Shown here: piece after piece, positions 41,061-64,000 of the stretch
Layout of the letters: each line of letters starts with the position of its first letter
How positions within the stretch are numbered: position 1 is the stretch's first letter
NCBI RefSeq assembly: GCF_009914755.1
Contig: NC_060940.1
From: the human T2T-CHM13v2.0 reference genome, Homo sapiens
Strand: one strand, 5' to 3'
DNA: 64,000 bases
Made by a program: the position numbers and the translations under genes
Notes under the pieces: model-generated
What the model saw: the letters and a program-made list of their open reading frames with translations, nothing else
Databases searched by the model: none
What the model was told of the DNA's origin: nothing

Positions 41061-41799
41061 TGAGGCTGCAGGGCTGCAGAGCTCCACAGGGGACCTCCAC
41101 GTGGATGATGTAATGCGTCAAACCCAAGGAGACAGGCTGGCCACTGTCCCTACCCCAGCGTTTGGTTCCATGGATTCTAGGTGGGGAGGAACTGGAAAGA
41201 ATGAAGCATTTTAAATAGGAGGGGGTAGAAAGTGGACTGCTTCCAAAACGCTGGTGGGCTCGCGTTTACTCTGGATTCTGGTCATTTGCATTCCTATCTT
41301 AACCTCTCCCTTTGGGCTCCTCTGAAAGCACGAGCTGACTCATTCTGTCTTCCTCATTCCTTCACTGACTCATTCATTCATTCCCTCATCCAGCCATTCC
41401 ACAGAGACCAGTTACAGCGTCCAGGTAGGTAAAAAGGCAGGATCCTGAAGACTGGGCTCTTGAATTGCATCCAGTACTGCCACTTTCCAACTGGGGGCCA
41501 TTGGAAAGCCTCAAAACCTCTTTTAAATGACTCCTCAAATGGGAAAAATAGTATAACTGACATCACTGCTTTGTTTTAAGTGTAATTGAAATGATACTTG
41601 GAACAAATATACTAGACATTCGATAAAATGTCATCATTGTTGGTTATTAAGTGATAAAAACAAATCCTAAATAGAAACCCAAAAGGTCAGGGACAATGTC
41701 CAATTAATGTTAGAATTCTCAACAAGCAAAAAAACAAAAACGAGAAATTGAATGAATCAATCAATCAGTCAATCAATGGGTAGTTGAATGGGTGGGTGG

Positions 41800-44440
<2,641 letters not shown>

Positions 44441-44861
44441 CAGAATGCTAAACTACCACCCAGAAACGTGGCTGCCATACTGAATTCAATCCTCAGTCTC
44501 CATGGTTCAGCGTTCCTGGAGGAATCCTATGAATGTGTAGGGAACTGGGAAGCCCCACTTCAGTCCTCCTTTCATTGCTGTTCTCTTTCTAGTCATTGTT
44601 GCGATCGCCCTCTACTGGACCGAAAGTGTAAGGGATTGGTTTGAAAGAGAACCCTGATTTTGAGCACCTTGCTGTCCATTTGCCCAGCTAAAGGAGAAAA
44701 ATAAACCTCATATCAGAAATAAATATTCTGTGTAAATATTTGTTTAAATTGCAATCCATGTGATATAAAACAATCTAATTCAATTCATGTTTCTTTAAGA
44801 GAAATCAAAGTATTTGACACTTAACTATGTGCTATGCACTGTGTTAAGAACTGGGGAAGTA

Positions 44862-45158
44862 GGCCAGGCGCAGTAATCCCAACAATTGGGAAGGCCGAAG
44901 CAGAAGGGTTGCTTCAGCCGAAAATTTGGAGACCAGGCTGGTCAACATGGCAAAACCCTGTCTCTAAATAAAAATAAAAATAAAAATAAAAGCTAGTCAG
45001 GAATGGTGGCAGGTGCCTGTAATCCCAACTCGCGAGAGGCTGAGGTGGGAAAATTGCTTGAACCAAAAAAGATCAAGGCTTCAGTGAGCTATGATCAGGC
45101 CACTGCACTCCAGCCTGGGCGACAGAGCAAGACTCTGTCTCAAAAAAAAAAAAAAAAA
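44862..45158 (+). mobile_element. AluJ-like (degenerate)
   Basis: Alu dimer with A tail. Confidence 0.85.
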
Positions 45159-46199
45159 GGAATTGGGAATTGCTATAAATTAATCCATCCATTCATTCAT
45201 TCTTTCCTGGCACTGAGCCTATTTCGTGTCCAAGGCGGGGTCACAAACTTACTTGCCTGTAGGGGGCAGGCATGGAATGTAAATGAACCAAGCACAGACC
45301 ATGTAAGAAAATTTGTTCTGGAAAAGGTGATCCTCTCTGTTCTGTCTTCCTCCAGGTGAAAGTTTCATGCTCAGAGCAGCTTCCTCATCCAAAGAGAGTC
45401 ACTGGTTCTCAGCTCTGCCATAGTTGCTATGCACAATGCCAAGCTTCTGGTTGTTTCAGCAAAGCAAAAAATCTGGATGTCTCTGTGAAATCTCTTATTC
45501 CTACATTTTGGTGATAAAAATGCACACAAGAGCTATTTGTGTGCAAATGTGAACTAGACTAATATCTCCCAGTCCTCTCAGGGCTTAAAGTCTATTATGG
45601 GTGACAAGCATTTACTTCACTGTGGACACTGTTGGTTGTCAGCAACAGAAAACTCAATTCAAATGGGCTTGAACAATGGAAAAAAAAAAAGTAAAGACCT
45701 GCTGACAAGAGTCCAGATGAAGGTGGAATTCAGGCATGGTTTACTCCTGGCTCTGTAGCTCTGCATGTCTCTACTTTGCCCTCCTTTGTGTATCAGTTTC
45801 ACCTTCAAGCAAATTCTACCCCTCTGCTTGGCACACCCCATCCCAAAATCTGAATGGCTAACTTCTCATTCTGACCTCAAATGTTACCCCCTCCCTCAGA
45901 GGGGCTTTCCCCAGCATCCCAAAGTTTAAAAGTCCCCCTCTGTAACCCTCCTCCAGCCACTATCCCATAACCATTTTTTGTTTTCCGTAGTACTCACTAA
46001 TCACTATCTGAAATTACCTTTTTCATTTATCCCTTTACTCGAACATTGTCTATCCACTCCTAGAACATCAGGTCTATGAGGGCAGGAATAACGTTCATCT
46101 TGCTCATCATTGAATGCCAGTTCCCGGCACAGCACCAGTCCCAGACAGACACACAACTTGTTGTTGAATGGAAGGATGCAGAGCGACAGGGAGTGCAGA

Positions 46200-48450
<2,251 letters not shown>

Positions 48451-48489
48451 ATATATATATGCATACATACATACATATATATATATATT

Positions 48490-49072
48490 TGAGAGAGAGT
48501 GCAGTGGCGTGATCTCAGCTCACTACAGTCTCCGATCCTGGGCTCAAGCGATTCTACTGCCTTCCAAGAAGTTGGGATTACAGGTGTGCAACACCATACC
48601 CAGTTAATTTTTGTATTTTTATTATTTATGTTTTATTATTTATTTATTTATTTATTGAGACAGAGTCTCACTCTGTCGCCCAGCTGGAGTACAGTGGCGC
48701 CATCTTGGCTCACTGAAACCTCCACCTCCCTGGTTCAAGCGATTCTCCCGCCTCACCTTCCCTAGTGGCTGGGATTACAGGTGCACACCACCAGGCCCGG
48801 CTAATTTTTGTATTTTTAGTAGAGACGGAGTTTCGCCATCTTGGCCAGGCTGGTCACGAACTCCCGACCTCTGGTGATTCGCCTGCCTTGGCCTCCCAAG
48901 GTCCTGGGATTATAGGTGTAAGCCACCAGGCCCAGCCAATTTTTGTGTTTTTAGTAGAAACTGGGTTTTGCCATGTTGGCCAGGCTAGTCTCAAACTCCT
49001 GACCTCAAGTGATCCACCCGCCTCAGCCTCCCAAAATGTTGGGATTACAGGGGTGAGCCACCACGCCTGGCC
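48490..49072 (-). mobile_element. Nested antisense Alus
   Basis: One Alu inserted in the linker of another. Confidence 0.8.
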
Positions 49073-49503
49073 AAAGTCTTATATATTTTTTAAGCTCAGC
49101 AAAATACTAGTCCCAAAATTATATTTTTGAACTAAAAAAAGAGAATCACAGAAAGCTCCCAGGTTTTGGGCTGAGCATCCAGGTGGGAGGTTGATGGGGT
49201 GGCAGTGCTGCATCATGCTTGGGGTCACTGCATTTGAGCTGCTGGTAGGACATGACAGTGGAGACGTCCAGCAGCCAGACGGGTCTGAGACTCAGGACAG
49301 AGCCTGGCTTGGAGATATGGTTCTGGGAGCCACAGGGCTCTCGGTGGTGATTAGGCCACGAGGGTGTGTGAGTTGGCCCATGGAGGATGCTTAGGTGGAA
49401 GAAGAAGGTCTGGGGCAGAGCTTCAGGGAACACCAGCATTTATGGGGAAAGGAGCCTGCAAAGAAGACAGGATTGTCCAGAGGGGGAGGAAGACTTTTTT
49501 TCC

Positions 49504-50307
<804 letters not shown>

Positions 50308-50623
50308 TCACATCGACCCGAGGAGATGCTGCAACTGTTCCCCCAACACAGATGAAGGAACCCAGGCCTCAAGACAGGAAGGCACCTCCGCATGTCTGAA
50401 CATTTTTGAACCCAGGGTCTTGGCCTCTACACCAAGAAGTAGCGTTTGGGGACCTTGACATTGAACCAGGGTGGCTCACTACATGTGCCCTGAAGCAACT
50501 GAAAAATCTGTGCCGGCTTTTTAAGAACCTGGTTTTTGCATGGACTTTATTTCTTTCATTGCAAAAACCTCACAGACTCTTTAAGGTCAGCGTCCTGGTT
50601 TCCACTTTTTCTTTCGGGCTACC

Positions 50624-50656
<33 letters not shown>

Positions 50657-51292
50657 ACCTGAGCTGTAATTGGAGCCTGGGAATAAAACATAACCCTGAA
50701 ACTTGCTTTTCTCAGCAAGGTAGTTGTCATTCTGAAGCAGGTGTCTTACACGAAATGGCTATTTATAGAAAATGATATTTATGCAATCTGTGCTGATCTC
50801 ACTGACTGTCAAATCTCTGAAAAGGGGCTCGCAGGAACAGTGGAAGATGCAGATGTGGAGCCCCTGAATGAGGGAGTGTCAAACGGCACTCTTGAGTGGT
50901 CCTCCCCAGGCACCACGACCTGGGGCTTCAGCCTCCAGTGAGGAAGGGCAGGGAGGGGTCACAGGTAGCCCAGGTCGCTTAGCCAGGAAGTGTGCTCCAA
51001 TGGTTAGGGGCTAGGGCAGCTGCTCACCCAAACCCTGGCTCTGCCATACCCCTGAGCTCCAGTTTTCTCTTCTGTGAATGGAGCATCTCTCATGGAGGGT
51101 TTTTATTTTTTGAGGATCACAGTAAAAAATTCATGTAAACATATGTAATGATAGCAGGTGTTTTAAGCGCTAGCTTCCCAAACCAGTATATCTGTATGCA
51201 ACTTCCCAAACCTGTATATCTGTATTCAACTACATTACCGAAAGTAGCACGCCGTGCTAGACTTCACCCTGGAAAACAGAAACTATCAACTA

Positions 51293-51607
<315 letters not shown>

Positions 51608-52087
51608 CTAGGAAAAAATGAATGCAAGGTATTGGCATTGGCTACATCAGGGACAAGCAAGCTGAAAAGCTGAGCAGGTTGGTGAAGCCCCCCAAGACTG
51701 GCCACAGCACAGAGATTAGCAAATGACCCTCAGCCAGAAGAACAGGGGAAGGAGGGGGGACCCTGGAGACCAGGACCTAGCGTCACCCAGGGATTGCTGG
51801 AGTGCAGAGCTGTGGCTGCTGGAGATTTGCTCCAGAGAGAGGTTGAAATACCCCCGCCTTTTCTTCCCTCCTGCCCTCCAGCCGGGAGCCACTGACCAGG
51901 GACTTAGGAACACAGCCTGAAAGGGTGACACCTCCCCACCCCTCCACCTCCCCACCGCAGACCCCAGCATCACAGCAATTCCCAGCAGAGCAGGCTGGGC
52001 AAGGGGGAGGAGCAGGTCTAACAAGCCCTATAGCGGGACTCACACCCCAAACAAGGGTGCTGTACCGTAAGCTGCTGAACCACACTT

Positions 52088-52316
52088 TGCGGCAAGAGAG
52101 AGCTCCTCAGAAACGGGAGACGGTTCTCAGGTCTCAGGGCCTCAGGAAGCCTCTCGTCTGCACGATAAACCCACACCCATAGCTTCTCCTCCCCTCCTAA
52201 GCCCGCTCTGTGTCAGCTAAGTCCCCGCTTAAGCACATCAGAACACAATTCCCAAAGTGTGGTCCATGAGACCTGAGAACCGTCTCCCCATTCCTGAGGC
52301 GCTCTCTCTTGCCGCA
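52088..52316. repeat. Inverted repeat: arms 52088-52136 and 52267-52316, 130-nt spacer
   Basis: Manual alignment gives 46 identical positions, 3 substitutions and a 1-nt indel. Confidence 0.93.
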
Positions 52317-52470
52317 GATGGTCATCTTCCTGCATGAACCTCTGGAGAGCAGAACAAAACCAGTTACAGAGAGACAGTGTTGGGGTCAACATAAAGAAGG
52401 TCTTTCCAATTGAGACCAAATACACTCCTCTGTGAGGTAGTGAGTTCCCGGTGAGAGCAAAGGGCTCTGA

Positions 52471-53146
<676 letters not shown>

Positions 53147-53875
53147 AGGAGTCAATTCTTGACCTAGTGGCTGTGGCCATTCTGAACTGGTTTCTCCTTT
53201 TGCTGGATCAAAGAAGTTACGGTGACACAAAGGATCTTGTATCATTCATTGAGTTTTTACACTTGCTTTGTAAAAACTCTCTGTTCTATTTCCCACTACC
53301 AGGCTGTAAGTTTCCCGCAGACAGACTTGTTTATCTGTGTGACTTTAGGCAAAAAAAAAAAAAAAAAAAAAAAGCAAGAGAGAAAGAAAATCTGAGGTTT
53401 TGGTTTTACCAAAACCACACAAATGTACCGCAGAAGTCCTTTAAACAGTAATTTTTCCCAGAACAATAAAAATATAATTTTAGGTTCATACGTGTTTGTT
53501 TCTGAAACACTTACTACATGCTGGAAAGGAGAAAGTATTACACTGGGGAGGCCCACAGAGAGGAAGAAATTAATGTGAGCAACGTGCAAATAAAAGGCCA
53601 CAATTATCTGCAGCATTTGCTAAAGGGAGCGAGCATGCCTTTGGCTCTAAAGTAAGCCTGCCCTTGACTGTAAGCCTATAACAGCGGCATGCAGTAGGTA
53701 AAGAAGTATTGTTTAAGTTAATTAACACAGAATACCCCATTTAATTCAGTAAATATAATAAATTAATGATCTTTAGTTCCATATTTGGGCATAGGTAGAG
53801 AAAATAGCAGAGAAAAGAGAGAAAGAAATTGAAAGAATAGGAGCAAAGACAAGACAGACCTTCAGAAAGATGTGG

Positions 53876-54226
<351 letters not shown>

Positions 54227-54959
54227 TCAGCTAATTGTGAATCTAAAAAGTCAGTTAAGTCAGGGAGACACCTTAAATTCATTTATATCGTATATCTTTT
54301 TCTTGCCCTAGTATTTATGAGTGTGTCCTTTCTTTGAGAGCGGCCTGGCTGAAATAGGCGTTGTGTCTCTCTTCTCCCATAGACCACATCCGTAACCCTT
54401 CTGCTACAATTTCCCACTTCCTATTCTTTACACAAAGACACTTTCAAAATCATATATGTGCAGAATCATTCCAGGGTTCACAATTCCCTCCACCCAGCCT
54501 TCCCCAGTTTCTGCAATTAATTCGGTATCAGTTGTCTTAGTTACATCTTGAAGTCATCCAAAGTTTCATCTGAGTTTTATAGCGATTATATTCCTTCTGT
54601 TTATCCTCATGTTCCCACAACTTAAGTCACATTTAATTAAATCAATTAATGACCATAATCAACACAACTGCCACGAACAGTTTTGGGAGCAAACGCGGCT
54701 AGTTCTAGATAAGCACAGAGCCCGGGTGGTTAGGGAAGATGCTCAGGAGGAGGCTTCAGCACACTGTGTGCAGCTGCTGGCATGTTTCACAGGAGAAATG
54801 GGACAAGTCTGTTAATCTAGTGAGTGAGTTCAGCAGAAGTTGGTTAAGACAGCGTGTTAAATAAAGGCTTAATAATTAAAATTTGATTAGACATTAGAAG
54901 TTAGAGGTGTCTTTCATGCATTGGCTAATTTCATTCAATCATCCATTCATTCTTTTTGC

Positions 54960-55735
<776 letters not shown>

Positions 55736-56206
55736 GAAAAATAGTAAGTAAAAGTGCCAGCCCCTGAAGCCAGGACTCCTGATTGTAGATCCTGATACGC
55801 TCTCTATGAAATGTTGTGGGTTCAGATTGACCTTCCCTTTAGAACAGAAGTTCAGGCTCTCCAAGTTGACACCTAGAAAACAGGCCATCCTGGCAGCCGT
55901 TCCGGAGAATGACAGATAAATGGATTGAAAGTCAAAGTGTCCAGTGTAGAGAGTCAGGATGCTGAAACCAAGCAGAAGGCATATCGGGTGGAATTCTGAA
56001 GGGACTGTAAACAAGGGACTGTTTAGAGAACTGGGTTAGAAGAGCCAACAAGAGCAATTGAGACACCCAGGGGAGCAAGAATGGGCGCTGTTCCCACGCT
56101 AGGCAGGACAGATCAGGAGGAAAGCCTGTGCCTGGAGCCTGCGGAGCTGGAGTCGCGGGGGAGGGATTGTCTGGACCAAAGTCAAGTTCCTCAGAGCCTG
56201 CCTCTC

Positions 56207-56570
56207 CACTCGGCCTTGACCTTGGACCCATCCAGTCTTTGGTCTGCTGAGTCCCGTTTTAGTAAAGAATCCTGCTAAGTCAGTTCAGGGACGATGCCCC
56301 AACCCTTGATATCTGATCACATCCCCCATCCTCCCCACCCTTGCTGTTTAAGTTCTTGGTCTGTCTGTAGCAAGAATCCCGTGAAGTCGGTTTAGCAGGA
56401 CTCCCCTCGCCCCAATGTCTTCCCTTAGTGACTTCTCATCCACTCACCCCTCACTCTGCTCACCAGCTACCAATCTCCGCTGTCTTTGCTACATTTGTTT
56501 TTGAGCTCAGTCTCTCTCCCCCATTGCAATAGTTTTGAATAAAGCGTCAGAATAATTTGTCTGTTACAAG
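56207..56570 (+). mobile_element. ERV1-class LTR remnant (subfamily uncertain)
   Basis: Internal duplicated motif aagaatcc...aagtc(a/g)gtt and an AATAAA near the 3' end. Confidence 0.5.
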
Positions 56571-56800
56571 ATCGCCCAGCAGGAGCAGTGGTCATGGAAG
56601 GACGTGGCCACGGGCTGACCTCACCCCGAAGCAGGGAGTGTGCTGGGCAGAAATGCCCCAACCTCTCTCCTGCCGGCCTCCAGTCTCCTTCCGGTGCCTC
56701 CCAGTGGCTGAACCCAACCAGAAGTCATAGGAGGAGCAGCCCAGGTGATGCCATCCTTCAAGGTCAGACAAGGTCAGAGAAAGTGGAAAACGGGGAGTGA

Positions 56801-59237
<2,437 letters not shown>

Positions 59238-60099
59238 CACATTCACTTCTACTACAGATGACCTACAGTTCTCTTCCATGCAGAGAACTTTGAGCTTACC
59301 TCACTCCCAGTGAGTGACAGATGGAAAGAAGAGGTCTGTCTCCCAACAACTATATACAAATCCTAGGGAAGGATTCTGATTGGCCCTGCTGGGACAACAT
59401 GTCCATTCTTTGGGCCAATCACTATAGCCAAGGAATAGGCGCCTATGATTGGCTGGACCTGGCCATGTGCCCATGGGGGTGTGTTATGAGGGGTTCTCAG
59501 ATGGACAGCTTCAACAGAGATTAGCAGCTGCAACAGAAACTTCTGGAAAGGCATTGAGGAGAAAGAGCTCCCTAAAGGGAGGTGCAGCTGTTGATCCATA
59601 TCCCTTAGGCTTTAATCTTTGGCTGCCAGTATCTGCGACTCTGGGCCTGAGGGCTTTTCCCCACAATCACGGAAGATGGCTCTCCCAATTATCCAGCAGG
59701 TTGCAAGTGGGGGCTAATTAATACCTGTGAGCAGCTGTCAGCCAATACTGCCAGGATGGATGTGTGAGTACCCCGACGCCCCCCTGGGTGGGATGGCTCT
59801 TCTCTATGGTATGAGGCCCCTGTTACCCTCATCAGTGACAGGCTTTATCATGCCTTTAGGATCCATTCTCTCCCCTGTCTCACTTCCCCTCCCAATCAGT
59901 GCTTCCGGCACTTTCCAAATTAACTACTCAAACTTGAGGCCCAACTTCAGGGGCGGCTTTAGGGGGAGCCTAGACTAAGGAAAACTGGATTGGTGGGAGC
60001 AGGGGTCACCGCTCTGCGGGAAGGAAGACAGAACCAGTCACTGTCAGCCCCAGCCCCGCCTACTCATTCAGTCACTCATTTGTGACATCCTAAGTCAGC

Positions 60100-60505
60100 T
60101 TTCTCTTCCTTTCCTTTTCTTTTCTTCTCTTCTTTCCTCTCCTCTCCTCTCCTCTCTTCTCTTCTTTTCTTTTCCCTTTCTTTTCCCCTCCTCTCTTCTC
60201 CTCTCCTCTCCTCTTTTCTTTTTTTCTGAGACAGATTCTCACTCTGTGGCCCAAGCTATAGTGCAGTGATGCAGCCACTGCTCACTGCAGCCTTGACCTC
60301 AAGTGATCCTCCCACCTCAGCCTCCTGAGTAGCTGGGACTGCAGGCACATGCCACCTCGCCTGGCTAATTTTTATATTTTTTGTAGAGATGGGGTTTCAC
60401 CATGTTGCCCAGGCTGGTCTCCAACTCCTAGGCCAAAGAGATCCATCTGCCAGGGCTTCCCAAAGCGCTGGGCTTGCAGGCATGAGCCACCGTGTCCAGC
60501 CAGGC
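60100..60505 (-). mobile_element. AluJ-like with an expanded CT-rich tail (60100-60225)
   Basis: Antisense Alu preceded by a (CTCTT/CTTTT)n tract. Confidence 0.85.
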
Positions 60506-61071
60506 CAGGTTTCTAAGAAGCGGGACCTGAGATATGGATTCCTGTGCAGTGGTTTATTGAGGAGGGGCTCTCAGGAGACATGTATAGGGAGAAGAGGGAA
60601 ATAGGGCATGACAAGGCAGGGAGAAAGCCTGGCACAGACGCGTCGCTGCAGGAGCCTGGCCTCAGCCTGATCCCCAGGGAGCTGTGGAGCATGGCTAGGG
60701 CCACACGCTTGACCTCTCTACCTTGAGGCAAGGGAGCCAGACCTTTATACCCTGCTGATGGCCAGTCACGGCTGCACGCTGCCCTCGGCAACCAGGGAGC
60801 GAGGCTGGAAGCTTTCAGGCACTTTCAGTATTCTCCTACCCAAGGGGCTGGAAAGTCCCAGCAGGCAGGAGATGGGTGCAGGGGCCCAGAACCAGGGATG
60901 TGGGTGAGGCCTGGACAGCATCCTCTGCTTGTGGCTTGCAAGTGATAAGAAAAAGGAGCCTCTCAGCTGCTGAGATTTTAAAGCAGACAACAAATGTATA
61001 TTGAATGTGACAAAGAGTTAGAATATGTGAGTTTCATCTTTACAAAGTTTACAATCTACTTGTGGAGTTTA

Positions 61072-61948
<877 letters not shown>

Positions 61949-62996
61949 AAAATACAATAAAATATACCTACTTTAATCACCCCATCCAGACACCCAACTC
62001 AGTGCTGAGTGGTTTCTGCTCTCATGGAATCCAAGGTCTGCTGCTTCCGCCCCATTTCCCACCATTCCCTGCAAGCATATTGTGGTCCAGACAGTCTGGG
62101 CTCTTCATGGGCTCAGAATGTTGCTTCGTTCTTCCAGGCCTTTGCACATGCTCTTCCCTTCACCTGGATCCCTTCTCTCCCTCATCTGCAGGGTGATCCC
62201 CCACTTACACTTTCAAATACCATTCAAACAACTCTCCTCAATGTTTATACATCATGAGTAAATTCACCTTATCCCAGGGATTCCAGGAAAGTGTAGGGTT
62301 TCTTTTTAAAGTTAGTAGAATTTACCATCCCCAGAGCAAAACAGAAAAGTCTCCAGGAGGCAGAGATGTGTGTGTGACTGACAGCAGCAGCAAGCCTGTA
62401 TCAGTCACTTGTTTATGGCACCTCAGTCACCGTGCTGAGTTCTATGTCATAACTTGCTAAATCCTCCCTGCAACACTTGAGGTAGGCCCTATTGTAACCC
62501 TTACCTCACAGAGGAGGAAAGGGAGGCACAGAGAGGCTTTGTAACTTGCCCAAGCTCACACAGCTGGCAAGCGGCAGAAGCAAGGGTCGATCTCAGACCA
62601 TCTTTACACCAGCATGCTGTACTGAATGAATGACTGAATGAATGCAACCAGCAACACCAAAATGATGCAAGATCTAGAGAGAAGAGAGCCCTACTGAGCC
62701 AGTTCCTGCAGCGTGAGAGAAGGTCCCGGATGGCCAGTTAAAGGGTCTGGCTACAGATGGCAGAGATGGCAGTCGAGGATGGGCACCTGCTGTGTGAAGC
62801 AGGCTCCCAGGGCCCTGCTGTCCTCCTTCGCTTGGGTTCCCATGGCCAAGGGCCAGCCTCTGCCTTCCCATATCTCACGATACTGCAACTGCATGTTCAT
62901 GCGCCTGCCTCTCCCACTTCAGACGCAGGGCCAGGGTTCCACTCAGCCCTTTCAGCCAGGACTGTTTGCCTCGCCTAGAAACAACCCATTTTTCTT

Positions 62997-63548
<552 letters not shown>

Positions 63549-64000
63549 CCCATTTTTCTTAAATAAAGGAGAGAACAGGATTCAAGACTTTAGGAGCCCT
63601 GGTGAGAACACAGCCAGATCCACTCCAGAGGCAGCCGAGCAAGAAGCCACTTCCTGTCACCAGGTCAGTGTCAGAGCAGCTGCTCAGCTGACGAGGAACT
63701 GACCGTGCACTTGCTATTTCCCTAAGGAGAGGTAGGCCTGGCCTGGACTTCCAGCTTGAACTCTGCAGACAGGACCTAAGGGGTCCCAGCCTCCAGAGTT
63801 GTGTGGGACAGGCAGCTTGTCAGGGAAGGTGATGCAGGAGGTGACGTTGAAGGGGGTGACTGTGAGTTCTGAGAGGATGTGTCTGTTATTGCTGCCTGCT
63901 GCTCTGCTCCTAGAATCCCACGGGGACCTCTGAGCTTGGGGTCTGCTGTGATCAACTAACAATGGCTTCCATGGGCATGGGATGGAGAGTGAAGGCATGC

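Noticed and set aside
40070-41113. 347-aa + strand ORF and other long ORFs over the CpG island
   Set aside because: GTG start and low-complexity Arg/Ala/Pro/Ser/Leu content, explained by GC-rich and polypyrimidine sequence; no recognisable domain.

Overview
Primate (almost certainly human) Alu-rich genomic DNA containing the 5' part of COTL1 (coactosin-like F-actin binding protein 1, ADF-H family) on the minus strand. Coding exon 1 is at 40131-40207, exon 2 at 39794-39876 and exon 3 at 12396-12553. Together they give 318 nt (codons 1-106), with GT-AG introns of 254 nt and 27,240 nt. The last coding exon lies off the left edge of the window. A CpG-island, TATA-less promoter (Inr, GC boxes, three CCAAT boxes, ETS, C/EBP) sits at about 40370-40540, followed by a 500-nt polypyrimidine tract. 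The right ~23 kb appears intergenic and is dominated by Alu, L1, L2/MIR, MaLR/ERV LTR and MER elements. From memory the locus is human 16q24.1; this was not verified. Nearly all other ORFs in the track are artefacts of repeats or low complexity. I found no convincing novel gene system. The best leads are a ~49-bp inverted duplication at 52.1-52.3 kb; an intronic RFX X-box element with plus-strand splice signals (candidate antisense transcript); a CFTR-like (TG)6(T)7-AAG acceptor for exon 2; a UG/UGCAUG-rich intronic repeat next to a cryptic donor; several enhancer-like motif clusters; a strong CTCF motif; and nested or chimeric retroelements. Repeat boundaries and subfamily calls are by eye and approximate.
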